This document shows positions 45,070 through 55,500 of a stretch of DNA of 64,000 bases, in pieces. The notes under the pieces were generated by a model that was not told where the DNA came from, ran no database searches, and worked only from the letters and a program-made list of their open reading frames with translations. The translations under genes were made by a program, and so were the position numbers. The number at the start of each line of letters is the position of its first letter. The first letter of the stretch is position 1. This stretch comes from a virus: IMG/VR virus record IMGVR_UViG_3300045988_162372; one strand, written 5' to 3'.

Positions 45070-45119
45070 TGATAATATCATTATATACGCAAATATACTA
45101 CTTTTTTATGATATTATCA
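45070..45119. repeat. Perfect 12-bp inverted repeat bracketing the tRNA promoter
   Basis: TGATAATATCAT at 45070-45081 pairs with ATGATATTATCA at 45108-45119. The 26 nt between them contain the -7 box. Confidence 0.8.
45090..45097 (-). promoter_or_regulatory. Bacteroidota-type promoter, -7 box TATATTTG, driving the tRNA-Leu
   Basis: The minus strand reads aaaaTTTG-20 nt-TATATTTGCGTAT. The box ends 22 nt before the tRNA 5' end. Confidence 0.7.
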
Positions 45120-45130
45120 AATTTTGACTG

Positions 45131-45170
45131 GATATATTTTAGCAAATTTTCTTTCTTGCTGAAATATATC
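45131..45170 (-). terminator. 15-bp stem hairpin downstream of the UvsX-like gene. It could be a terminator or a processing site.
   Basis: GATATATTTTAGCAA-attttctttc-TTGCTGAAATATATC, with one U-G pair. It lies 33 nt after the stop at 45203. No clean U-tract follows it. Confidence 0.45.
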
Positions 45171-45202
45171 TCATCTTCTTCCATATAAGAATTTTCATTA
45201 TA

Positions 45203-46378
45203 CTATTCTGTTAATGTTCCTTCTTCTATGAATTGTATATCTTCAGCTTTTGCACCTTCAAATTTCTCACTACCAAATACCTCTTTCATCTTTTCAAAAA
45301 TTCTTGGAACTTCTTCTTTTTTATACTTGTCCAAATCCTCTTCCGCTATAATACCATTATGAACACAACACATAGTCCCACTATAAACGATATTAAATGG
45401 TGTAGGTAGTTGATTTTTAACAACACTTAATTTAGTTAAAGTACCATACTGATATTCTTGTCCTTTCAATACTGCTTTTAATTTCTTAGTTGCAGCCTTA
45501 GAAACACCACCACAATGAAGACCTAAACGTGCTGCATAAAACATTGCTTTTCCTCCGCTGTTTTCAACAGACACTGCACCCCCCATTGAGTTCATCACAT
45601 CCTGCCAAATTTTATTGATTACAATAAATGTATTTGTGTATGGAGAACCAATCTCTTTAGAAGCTGATATTCTTCCAAAAATAGGTTTGAATGCTGTTGA
45701 TATACTACCAGCATCAAATTGGTTATTCCCAGATTTTGACATATAAGATTTATAGGACTGAATCGAACCCACTGAGTCCCAAATAAATAACAACGGCATA
45801 GGTATCTCTCCATTGTCTTGCTTATCAAGAAAAGTATTAATAATATATGCTATATCTTCTATTACTGCTACTTTGCGTTTTTTACTTTTTCTTGTAGATG
45901 TAGAGTAATCCATGTCTCCGCAAAACTCACACATTTTTGTGTTCGTGAAAAGAAAATAATCACCTTCCCAATCCACTATTTCTCGTTTGACTGTTATTTC
46001 ACCAGTTTCTTCATCTGTATATTCTACATCATCATATACAGGTTCAATTGCCATACCGCAATCTTTTGCATATTGAAAATCAAAATTTCCTTCCGTTTCA
46101 AATATTACAGGCAAAATGCCTTGTTTCATAGCATTTGCAATTGCAAGGTTTTTTAATGTACTTTTACCAGTATCTGACCATCCTCTAATAAATGTAACAC
46201 CTCTTCCCATTGGAATACCAGGTAAATTAATTGCTTCCTGATATGCTTTAGGCATCATTATCCATTCAAGTTCTTTATCAGCTGTTTTAGACGATACTTC
46301 GCCTAATAATTCATTTTTAAAATTTTGTACACTGAATTTTTTTATTCCTGCACCTTTTTTTACTGCTTGTTTAGTCAT
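45203..46378 (-). CDS. RecA/UvsX-family recombinase-like ATPase
   Basis: 391 aa. The Walker A context is GVTFIRGWSDTGKSTLKNLAIANA. The gene is adjacent to the gp32-like SSB gene, as in T4-type recombination modules. Confidence 0.6.
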   Translation of the reverse strand: MTKQAVKKGAGIKKFSVQNFKNELLGEVSSKTADKELEWIMMPKAYQEAINLPGIPMGRGVTFIRGWSDTGKSTLKNLAIANAMKQGILPVIFETEGNFDFQYAKDCGMAIEPVYDDVEYTDEETGEITVKREIVDWEGDYFLFTNTKMCEFCGDMDYSTSTRKSKKRKVAVIEDIAYIINTFLDKQDNGEIPMPLLFIWDSVGSIQSYKSYMSKSGNNQFDAGSISTAFKPIFGRISASKEIGSPYTNTFIVINKIWQDVMNSMGGAVSVENSGGKAMFYAARLGLHCGGVSKAATKKLKAVLKGQEYQYGTLTKLSVVKNQLPTPFNIVYSGTMCCVHNGIIAEEDLDKYKKEEVPRIFEKMKEVFGSEKFEGAKAEDIQFIEEGTLTE

Positions 46379-46438
46379 AATTTTTAAAAATAATTTTTAC
46401 ATTAAACATTAAAATTTTGCATCTCTATATATTTGAAT

Positions 46439-46463
46439 GAATAGGCTAACTAATAACCTATTC
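46439..46463 (-). terminator. Short hairpin after the SSB gene
   Basis: GAATAGG-11 nt-CCTATTC, 12 nt after the stop at 46475. The U-tract is weak. Confidence 0.35.
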
Positions 46464-46474
46464 TTGTGTTTCTA

Positions 46475-47491
46475 TCAGAATGGTAAATCATCATCCTGGG
46501 TATTGTATTGCTGTTGGGCTGCTGCAACTTCTTCTGCATAAGCATCGGAATACATAGGTTGAGGTTCAATACCTGCTTGAGGTGTTGCTATTACATCATT
46601 CTGTGCATTTGCTACCTTCTCGCCACTATATGCTGAATTATCAACTTTCTCAACCCACTTTTGCAATGTAGTGTCATATACTGGTATCTTACCTTCTGCA
46701 ACAAGTTCAAGATATTCATAACTCTTCAAAGCATAGACATCTCTCCAATTTTTACTATCACTAATCCACTTGTTAGCCAAATCCACATCTCTTGATAAAG
46801 GTGTTTGGAAACCTGAATCAATAATATCAATGCTTGTTTTCTTTGTAGAGGGAATGTAATTCAACTTGATGGTAATATCACGACCATTATTCAAATCGAA
46901 AATAGAATAATTAGGTTGTCCTGCCATTTCAGCCTCTTCTTTACGCTGTTTATATATTTTCATCAGTTTATCATAGATACCTTGTCCGTCTGTACGGGCG
47001 TTAAATCGCCAAAACTTAACACCCTCATCTTCTTTTCCTCTCTCAATTACACGAACAATGTATGCTACTTTGCTTTGATAAGAGTAAGCCGATTTAATCA
47101 AAGTTTTCTTCTCGCCTTCATTTGTAACTGTATTTGCTTCCTTAAAAAGTTCTTTTGACCTATTACAAAAAGGGCATCCTCTACCATCATGTTCTGGTAT
47201 ATTTAAATCATTCAAGCAAACAAAAGTCTTAAAACCACTCTTTGATATTCCTTTATCAACCATAAGTGAATGAATATTAATAGCAAAGAATATATCGCCA
47301 TTCGTTGCGCTAACAGGTAAAATTCTTACCTTAATTTCCTTTTCGGTTTCACCTTCCTTTAATCTTGTATTAAGATAGTTTTTTACATCGAACTCAAATT
47401 TTTTTACAGTCTGTTGTTGTGTCTGTTCTTTAGTCTTTCTTTCTCTTTCTTCAATTGCATGACTGTCTGTGTTGATAATATAACCTGACAT
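46475..47491 (-). CDS. gp32-like single-stranded DNA-binding protein
   Basis: 338 aa. The segment EKEIKVRILPVSATNGDIFFAINIH...CLNDLNIPEHDGRGCPFC parallels the T4 gp32 IRFLP...H...C...CxxC zinc module. The acidic C-terminus ends in QDDDLPF. Confidence 0.8.
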   Translation of the reverse strand: MSGYIINTDSHAIEERERKTKEQTQQQTVKKFEFDVKNYLNTRLKEGETEKEIKVRILPVSATNGDIFFAINIHSLMVDKGISKSGFKTFVCLNDLNIPEHDGRGCPFCNRSKELFKEANTVTNEGEKKTLIKSAYSYQSKVAYIVRVIERGKEDEGVKFWRFNARTDGQGIYDKLMKIYKQRKEEAEMAGQPNYSIFDLNNGRDITIKLNYIPSTKKTSIDIIDSGFQTPLSRDVDLANKWISDSKNWRDVYALKSYEYLELVAEGKIPVYDTTLQKWVEKVDNSAYSGEKVANAQNDVIATPQAGIEPQPMYSDAYAEEVAAAQQQYNTQDDDLPF

Positions 47492-47544
47492 TTTTCATAA
47501 TATATAATCTTTTATTATTCGTTACTTTACACTTTTCATTTTTG

Positions 47545-47552
47545 CAAATATA
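47545..47552 (-). promoter_or_regulatory. Bacteroidota-type promoter, -7 box TATATTTG
   Basis: The minus strand reads gaTTTG-20 nt-TATATTTGCAAAAATG. It is 54 nt upstream of ATG 47491. Confidence 0.7.
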
Positions 47553-47594
47553 CTACTTTTTCTGGTTGTTACCAAATCTTTTTCATATAAAAAT

Positions 47595-47631
47595 ATATGG
47601 GAAATTTTTTATATTTTAAAACTCCCCATAT
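47595..47631 (-). terminator. Terminator-like hairpin after the gene at 47652..48413
   Basis: ATATGGG/CCCATAT forms a 7-8 bp stem with an AT-rich loop. On the minus strand it is followed by ATTTTTATATG. Confidence 0.4.
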
Positions 47632-47651
47632 TATAAATATCTCTTAACTTA

Positions 47652-48413
47652 TCAGAATAAGTCAAAATAGTCTGTTAGTTGTTTTGGAATATCGAATGTC
47701 TTATATGTGCTTCTATCATCCGAAGCAGCATTGTCAATGTCTTTCTGTTTTAAGACATATTCCTTATCTTCTTTATTTGGGTCTACACCGTTATCGTAAA
47801 TGACATTATAATTTCCGTCCTGAGATTTGTTGTTCCAATAATCTTTTGGTTTCACTGAATACGGAAATGATGACTGTGAACGGAGATTTAATTTCTCTGT
47901 CTCTGTCGGATTTCTCTTTTCAAATTCAGCTTTCAAATCTTCAATCTTACTATTGTTGGCTTCGATTGCTGGAATTAACTTATCAATCACTCTGGCTATT
48001 TTAATAAGTCTGTCATCAACTCCATCTATCTTGTATTCAGTTTCCTTTTGAGAATTTGTTAAATCGTCAACATCAATAACCTCATCTCCGTCCTGCATGG
48101 GTGTTGTTTCAATGCCTTCATTGCCCTGTCGTTGTGGCATGTCTTCCATAGTTTCGTCATCAGGCACTTCTGTTTCAACTGGGATATCTTCCTCTGCACC
48201 TTGTTGCATTGAAGTGTCCCCATTGTTATTTATGACATCCTGTTGCGGTTGTGTTACATCTTGAGGTTCTTGTTGATTTTGATTATTAGCATCATCCTCT
48301 CCGTCTTCTGAAATGGTAGGTGAAGTTATGAAAGTATATTCTACAATCTGTTGGAAACGTTTTGCCATATCTTCCAACTTGTATTCTTTCAATATATCTT
48401 TCTCCTTTTCCAT
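47652..48413 (-). CDS. Hypothetical acidic protein, 253 aa
   Basis: Clean ORF. The N-terminal half is Asp/Glu/Gln-rich. Confidence 0.7.
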   Translation of the reverse strand: MEKEKDILKEYKLEDMAKRFQQIVEYTFITSPTISEDGEDDANNQNQQEPQDVTQPQQDVINNNGDTSMQQGAEEDIPVETEVPDDETMEDMPQRQGNEGIETTPMQDGDEVIDVDDLTNSQKETEYKIDGVDDRLIKIARVIDKLIPAIEANNSKIEDLKAEFEKRNPTETEKLNLRSQSSFPYSVKPKDYWNNKSQDGNYNVIYDNGVDPNKEDKEYVLKQKDIDNAASDDRSTYKTFDIPKQLTDYFDLF

Positions 48414-48422
48414 TCCTCTGAA

Positions 48423-48770
48423 TTAATCATTTAAAAGCATTTTATTATCTTCCGTGAGGATAATTCTGTCATTCTCAGTTCTCTCGATAAGACCTTCATT
48501 CTTCTTAATTACTTTGGGCTTTCTCTTTGGAACTTTATTGGTCTTGATGTCATTGAGCAATTCCTCAACCTGAGCTAAATTTTCTTTATTTGCTGCCATT
48601 TCTTGCGTATCTTTAACTTCTTTATTTTCTTCATTAACAGTTTCTTCTACCACTTCTTCCATAGAAGGCTTGATTTCTTCCGCTACTTGAATTTTACAAC
48701 GTTGTTCAACGTATTTTCTACGTTTGACGTATTTAATTCTTTGCGGTTTTCTTATAAAACGATGAATCAT
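48423..48770 (-). CDS. Hypothetical protein, 115 aa, with a basic N-terminus
   Basis: The ORF fits the minus-strand series. Confidence 0.6.
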   Translation of the reverse strand: MIHRFIRKPQRIKYVKRRKYVEQRCKIQVAEEIKPSMEEVVEETVNEENKEVKDTQEMAANKENLAQVEELLNDIKTNKVPKRKPKVIKKNEGLIERTENDRIILTEDNKMLLND

Positions 48771-48805
48771 AATTCAATATAGTTTTTCTTCTATATAAAT
48801 AGTCA

Positions 48806-49420
48806 TCAACTCTTAAAATAACTGTAAAACACTGGTATATAATGTTTGTTTGTAAAGGATAATTCCCTTAATTTTCTGTTTAAAAATGAAATTCCGTTGA
48901 AGATTATAATATTTTCATTGTTTTTCAACTTATTTAACACTTTTGCTTTCTTAATTCCTATATACTCACATAAATCAAGTGACAAACCTATCACAGTGTG
49001 CTTGTTCTCATTGTATATATATAGGAATTTGTTTCTTTCGTTATAAACAACTTTTCTTGACTGGTTAGATAAATACTTTATGAAACGTTTTGTTTCACTT
49101 AGAGGGCAATTAATCAAGTCGAAATAAAAATATTTTATATTTTTATATACTTTCTCAATCGAAATATTATAAAATTTATCAATATCCTCGTCGTATTCAT
49201 ATTTTCTTTCAGTTTTTCCAAAAGTCCAATACAAATTCTGTTCTGGATACCATTTTTTCAAAATATCATAATCCTTTACCCATTTTTGAGCATTTTGATA
49301 CCCAATAATAAGTGTCGGTAATTGAGGTATTGTATCAACGAGTGTATTACACCTCTTGAAAGTCTTGTCAAGATTAACCTTTGAATTATCTGTTATAACT
49401 ACATTTCCTATATAATCCAT
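48806..49420 (-). CDS. Hypothetical protein, 204 aa
   Basis: Clean ORF with its own consensus promoter. Confidence 0.7.
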   Translation of the reverse strand: MDYIGNVVITDNSKVNLDKTFKRCNTLVDTIPQLPTLIIGYQNAQKWVKDYDILKKWYPEQNLYWTFGKTERKYEYDEDIDKFYNISIEKVYKNIKYFYFDLINCPLSETKRFIKYLSNQSRKVVYNERNKFLYIYNENKHTVIGLSLDLCEYIGIKKAKVLNKLKNNENIIIFNGISFLNRKLRELSFTNKHYIPVFYSYFKS

Positions 49421-49470
49421 TCTATATCTTCAATTTACTGTAAAAGATAAATGTAATATTTCTGCTTCTG

Positions 49471-49478
49471 CAAAGATA
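49471..49478 (-). promoter_or_regulatory. Bacteroidota-type promoter, -7 box TATCTTTG
   Basis: The minus strand reads gtTTTG-19 nt-TATCTTTGCAGAAG. It is 51 nt upstream of ATG 49420. Confidence 0.65.
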
Positions 49479-49523
49479 CTACATTTATCTTAAATTTCAA
49501 AACAAAATTCGTACAAACATCAA

Positions 49524-52500
49524 TTATTTGTTTTTTATGTATTCAGCAGCCAAACCATAAGCCTCGTTTAATTCACTGTCCGTCAATTTTATTCCGCCTT
49601 CATTCACTGCAATTTGTTTCGCTATTGCAATACATACATCTTTATCTGCTACAATAGAAGTCAATCTATATGTACTTGGGTTAACATTTGCCGTCCTTGC
49701 AACAGTTTTCACATAATTATCCGTATCATTCTCGTGCGATGGTGCCCAGACGCCGATTAACTTGGCGATTGTGTTATGTCCTCTAATGATTTGTGTATTC
49801 ATATTCACAAACAATGCCCTTAATCCGTATGTCATTGTCTTGAATACTGCAAATCTCGGAGACCATTCAACACCGCCATAGTCAACTCCTTCCCATTGAT
49901 CACTGTTTCTCTTTATATTAGGATAACCAATCCATTGCAGATTACCAGGATTTTTCCTTCTCTTGGTTGCATTGTCCTCTGCATTTACATATCCACTCTC
50001 ACTTGAAGTTGCAGTTCTTATTTGTCCGAAATGGTCTGCGAGTTCTTGGTCTGAGAACAAACGATAATAAGTAAATATATTCCTGAACTGCGTTGTATTA
50101 TTCAATGACATATAATATTTCTTTGCTATTGCCTTATATCCAGGAGGGACATTTGAACTGTAATAAGGAACATTCTTCTTGACTGTTGCAAAGCTTCTAC
50201 CATCATTATTACCTGATAAGAATATTGCGGGTGGGCCTACTGATATTGAATTTCCTCTATATGACAAGTGTAAACAGGTATAATCATTTTTATACCTTCC
50301 ATCCATCCATTTGCTTGCCCCAGTTCCTTCAAATATCAATTGCCCTATTTCGTCTTTATGATTGGTTGCAAGAATATCCATGACTTTGAACATTTTATCT
50401 GCATCCTTTATTCTTGTTCCACGTTTTCCGTTCTTTATAGGAACAATCTGTAAATCTATCGCATTCGGGGCTATTCCACCTCTTGCGTAATTATGTTCAC
50501 TTCTTGAACCGCTATTGCGAACAGCACTACTGATACAGATACTCCAAGTTTCTGTTGGTTTATTTTCTGGAAGTTCTTTAATTTCAGCTACAAGTGTATT
50601 AAATAAATCTTTCAGTTTTTGATACAAATTGACACCATTCATTTGCAATCTTGCGCCATTGCCACTACATATACAATCATTAATAACATCTTCTACGACT
50701 GTTGGTTTCTTGTAACTGTCGGGGAGCGTGATATCTGATATGTTTGAGCTGTATGGATTTGAACCGCTTTCACTTCTATTCATTGGGTCTATGCTGTCTT
50801 TCACTGTACATCCAAAGTAGTAATCAGCACAATATGGCTGTATGTATTTGGACATTTTCTGACCTCTAAACTTTGTTATCATATTTCCTGGTGTCATTGT
50901 ATGTTCCACATGGAATATCATATAAGCACCATGCCACATTGGTATGTTAAGCAATTGGAAATACATCAAAGGTTGTATCTGTGCATTTCCCATCATTTCT
51001 ACCTCACAAGCATAAGAATAATTCTTATAGATGTTAAATATATCCTGTCCATAAAACATTACCCTATGTTCATGGGAAGAACCTAATTCTGCGACATTTG
51101 ACAACACATTTGCCGAAATGCTTGTAATTGCAGGACTATCCATATTCAAAGTTATATTCTTGAATAATTGTTGATTTTGTCTTGCAAACGACACTCCAAA
51201 CGACGGAACGTTATAACCATATCTTGTTTCTATATCAGAAGTATCCTCGTTTGCTCCTTTTGCCTTAAACGGTGATGGTATATCATCTGGTGAATTTATG
51301 TCGAAGCCATCCGCTTTATACCCATTTTCATCTGAAGCTGTCTGTGCATCACCACCAGTCCATATTATAACAAAGTGGTTTTCATCCCTCATCTCGTTCA
51401 TTTGATTATAAGGAATTGGTCTAAAGGCGTTTTCAAGTACCTTTACGTCATCCTCTATTTTCTCATTTCCAAATGTAATAAAATCAGCCAATGAAACAAA
51501 CAAACAGTTATGTTCTTTCGCAATATCTCCTATCACGGAAAACAATGAAGCATTCAGGTCTGACATTCTTTCCTTGAATATATCAAGCAATACATCACAG
51601 TTAATTATGAACTTGTTGTACATGTTTCTGTAAAACTTGTCCATAAACACAAAATTCTTCTTAAAGAAATTATCGACTGAATAATAATCCGCTGACTTGA
51701 TTTGAACAATCCATTTATCATATAGATTTTTTAGATAATAATATATATCAATTGCAATGTTTTTCTTGAAGTTTATCTTATCACTATCTGTTTCATTCAA
51801 TGGATTTGTTGAACTCTTATTGTCTGACATTGCTTTCAATTGATTAGCAAATGCAGTTACATACGAGTTAAAGGTGTCTCTTCTTACATACACTTCTCTT
51901 TGCGCATTGGTTGAGTTCTTTACAAGTCTATATCCAAGTGAATCAATGACAATATCCTTATCATAATACAAGGATTTTAATGTTTCCTGTATCGGGTTGT
52001 CATCCCTAAGCATCAATGAGATTCCGTTAATTGTATCATCATATATATTCACATAAGCATAATTCCCATACAAATTCCCCAATCTATTTCTATAATAACT
52101 CATCATATTGCTTATAGAATATTTGTCATCATACATTCTTTTTCTGAAAAACTTGACAAAAGTATTGACAAACGTATTAGCTGTAAATGGTCTTGTATAT
52201 GCTGTACTTGTATCACTTAAATCTCTAACAAGACCTTCCAATAACTCGCATCTTGACAACACATCCCTGAAATCACCAGTTGCGTAATCCTCAAACATCT
52301 TAATAAGCCTGTTCTCAACGAAGTAATCTAATTCCCAATTTTCTCCGTTATTATAACTGAACAATGTAGATACTGGCACATTGTATTTTCTTCCGTTGAA
52401 ACCACTATCCATTACGTTGAATCTGTATTCACTTCCATCTTTACTAAATAGAGTATAAGCAGTTGTAGGCTGTGTGAAACTAATTGTTCCGTCTGAATAG

Positions 52501-55500
52501 ATAATCGGGTCGTCACCGTTATGTTTTGACACATATCTGTTTCTCCATAATAACGCTCCTAAAAACAAAAGATAGCCATGAGGAACTGCCTCTATGCTTC
52601 CATTCCTTTTGTCCTTATTTAAGAAATTAGCCTTGTAGTTTTCATAATTGTATTTGAAACTATGTAAGAATAATAAAGCCTTTACTTTTACACATCTATC
52701 ATTGTAGGTATTATCATCTTCACCCGCTTTCCTATTGTTTTGCATATAATAAAATGCATGACCAAACAAACTATATGGATTGGTAACATTGTTGTAATAC
52801 AATTTTATTTGATGTATCCTTAAATCGTCCCTTGAAAGGCTTTCAACTGTCTGTGTCTGTTTCCCGTCATTTCCTTGTGTTATTTTGGTACGCTTGTATT
52901 CTCCATTCTCACTATATGTGATACCATTTGTCTTATCACAGTCAATCCAACTTGTATCTCTTAAATTGAGAGGGTCTGCTCCACCATCTTTTTCTTTCGG
53001 AAATAAATTCTTGCTATCAAATCCATATGAAGTCGTATTTACGGTAAATACTTGTGTACTGTTTGCAAAATAATTATAATATTTGTCATCACTGACAAAC
53101 CAACATTTGTTCAATATAGGTGTGAAATCGTCCTTTGATGAATATTCCACCATATCAACGCTCCCCTTTTTAAGTTCTTCGTATCTGTTTATTACATCGT
53201 TAACAAATGTCCTGCTTGTTGATATGTTGAACAAATCATCATTGTAATAATTTTCCTTAACACTTACATCTTCTCCAACTAATAAATCGTCTGTAATTGC
53301 CCTATGAATAAAATTCTTGGCTTTATACATATTTGATTCACTACCGAACTGAGGCATAAAATAAGCGTTACCATTTCCATCGTTCCTGTAAACAAATTGT
53401 CTGCTATAATTGTCGAATTCGTCCAATTTTGCAGGTATTAATGAAATGCTGTTACTATCATAATATCTTGAGAATACATATCTATCCGAATACCTACTTG
53501 ATTGTGTCAATATAGGACATCTCTGTTTGTCGTTGTATTCAGATTTTATCTCGATGTCTGTCTCAAATCTTTGTCTTGTTTTACCAGTACTTTGATAAGT
53601 AATGCCAAAACAATCCGCTGAACTATCACAGGTCGTAATATTCTGTAATGCTGTGGCTGCATTTGTTGAACCTAATACATCAAATATTTCATTCTGTATG
53701 GCAGAGGATGATCCTAATGCCTGATAATAGTTGTATGCATCCATTCTTCCTATCAATGAAATCATTTCGTTTGATAGGTTTCCTGTATAATTTTCATTAA
53801 ATAGAATTCCAAATATCTGTGCTGCACGTATTCCTAAATATCCACTAAGAGAACTTACATCCAATTGTGTTGTATTTGCGAAAGGATTATTTGCACTATT
53901 CAAGTCGGCAGGCAATATTGGGAATAATTTAATACTTGTCTTATTGTCATTCTCTGATTTTTCCTCATCCATAATTCTTGAAACGGCTTTCCAAATGCTC
54001 AACACAACCTTTTCTTCCAAGAAATTATGGCTGAAATCACCTACCCATCCCAATACATAGTTGTCGGTATCCTCATTACCGCTTTCTTGTGCAGGTGTTC
54101 CCTTTGTATATATTGCAGGGAACGGTGGAACTTTATCTGCATTGATAACATCTGTATCTGTTATGTTTATTCCAAGATTACCAGGACTTCTTGTATTGTC
54201 TGAATTATATATATCCATCTTGCATTGATACATGATATGTATGAATGTTTCAAGATGTGCCATAATCATTTTGAAGATATTTCCGATTGTGGGTTTAAAT
54301 GGCAATGCTTCAATCCTTGCTTCCATCATCTGTTTATTAATTTTATCCTGCAACAGATTATATTCTTCGTTTAATGAAGCTACCCTATTTGCTACCAAAT
54401 TACTTAAATCTCCTAAATCAAAAAAACATCCATATTGTTTTATATTCTGACTATATGGCTTTGTTGTTATCATATTTGCAATACTTTTAGCCATATCATC
54501 AGTCAAATCTGTTATTCCTTTACTTGTCTTGAATTTAATATTAGTTTTTATATCCTGTTCTGCCTTACTTTGGCATCCAACAATCTTTACATCTTCAATT
54601 ACATTGCTATTTGTACTTCCGTCTGTCGTAATGTCGAAAATTCTAATCAGTGTAAGCGTATCAATGCTTCTCATGGCTGAATTTCTACCATTCGGAAACT
54701 CATTTGTTGAAATCGAATGTTCTGAATACTTTTGGTTATAATCATTCAGCTTGGTTATCAATTGTTCGTGCGCCCTATATATGTTTTGTGTAACATTTCT
54801 TGACGGATTTGTATCAGCATTGTTTGCTTGCGCATACATCAAGAATAATTGTGTATGTTTCTTGTTGTTTCCTTCATCTTGAGTGGATAAAATGTAACAA
54901 CCGCCTGAATCTTCCTGTAATGCCTTTACAAAATTATCATATAACGTGCTTATTTCATTCAAAGCACTTCTTTCTCCTGATAAATCTCTTAATTTCTTGT
55001 CATCTTCCTCATTTACGGCTGTTTCTTCGCTTCTTTCAATAGTATGGCTTTCAATTGTATTCATTAGTTCGTGAATTTTCACCATCGGTTTCCCGTCCAA
55101 CTGCCAAGATGGAGTATTTACGTGAGAATCCCAATATTTTCTTCCCTCATAAGAGCAGAAAGGTGCTGCAACTAAATAAACAAAAGGAATATCTGTAAGT
55201 AAAGCGTAATTATATCCTATAAATGTGGCTGTGAACTCAAAATTTCCGTTTTGAGAGTTAAAACTTCCCCTGAAATTAGAACAAGTAAGCTGATAAGTAA
55301 CTGCTTTTCCATAAAATCCCTTAACTTGCAACTTGAATTTTGGGTATGGTTGTATAAAAAAGCAACCGAATACGTTGTCTGCTGATATTTTCCCCTCTTC
55401 ATGTATTGCAGATTCTTTTCCAAACAAAGATGCACCTCTTACATCAACAAATTTAATCGTAATTGTAGGTGTATAGAAACTTTCAAAAACAATATTAACA

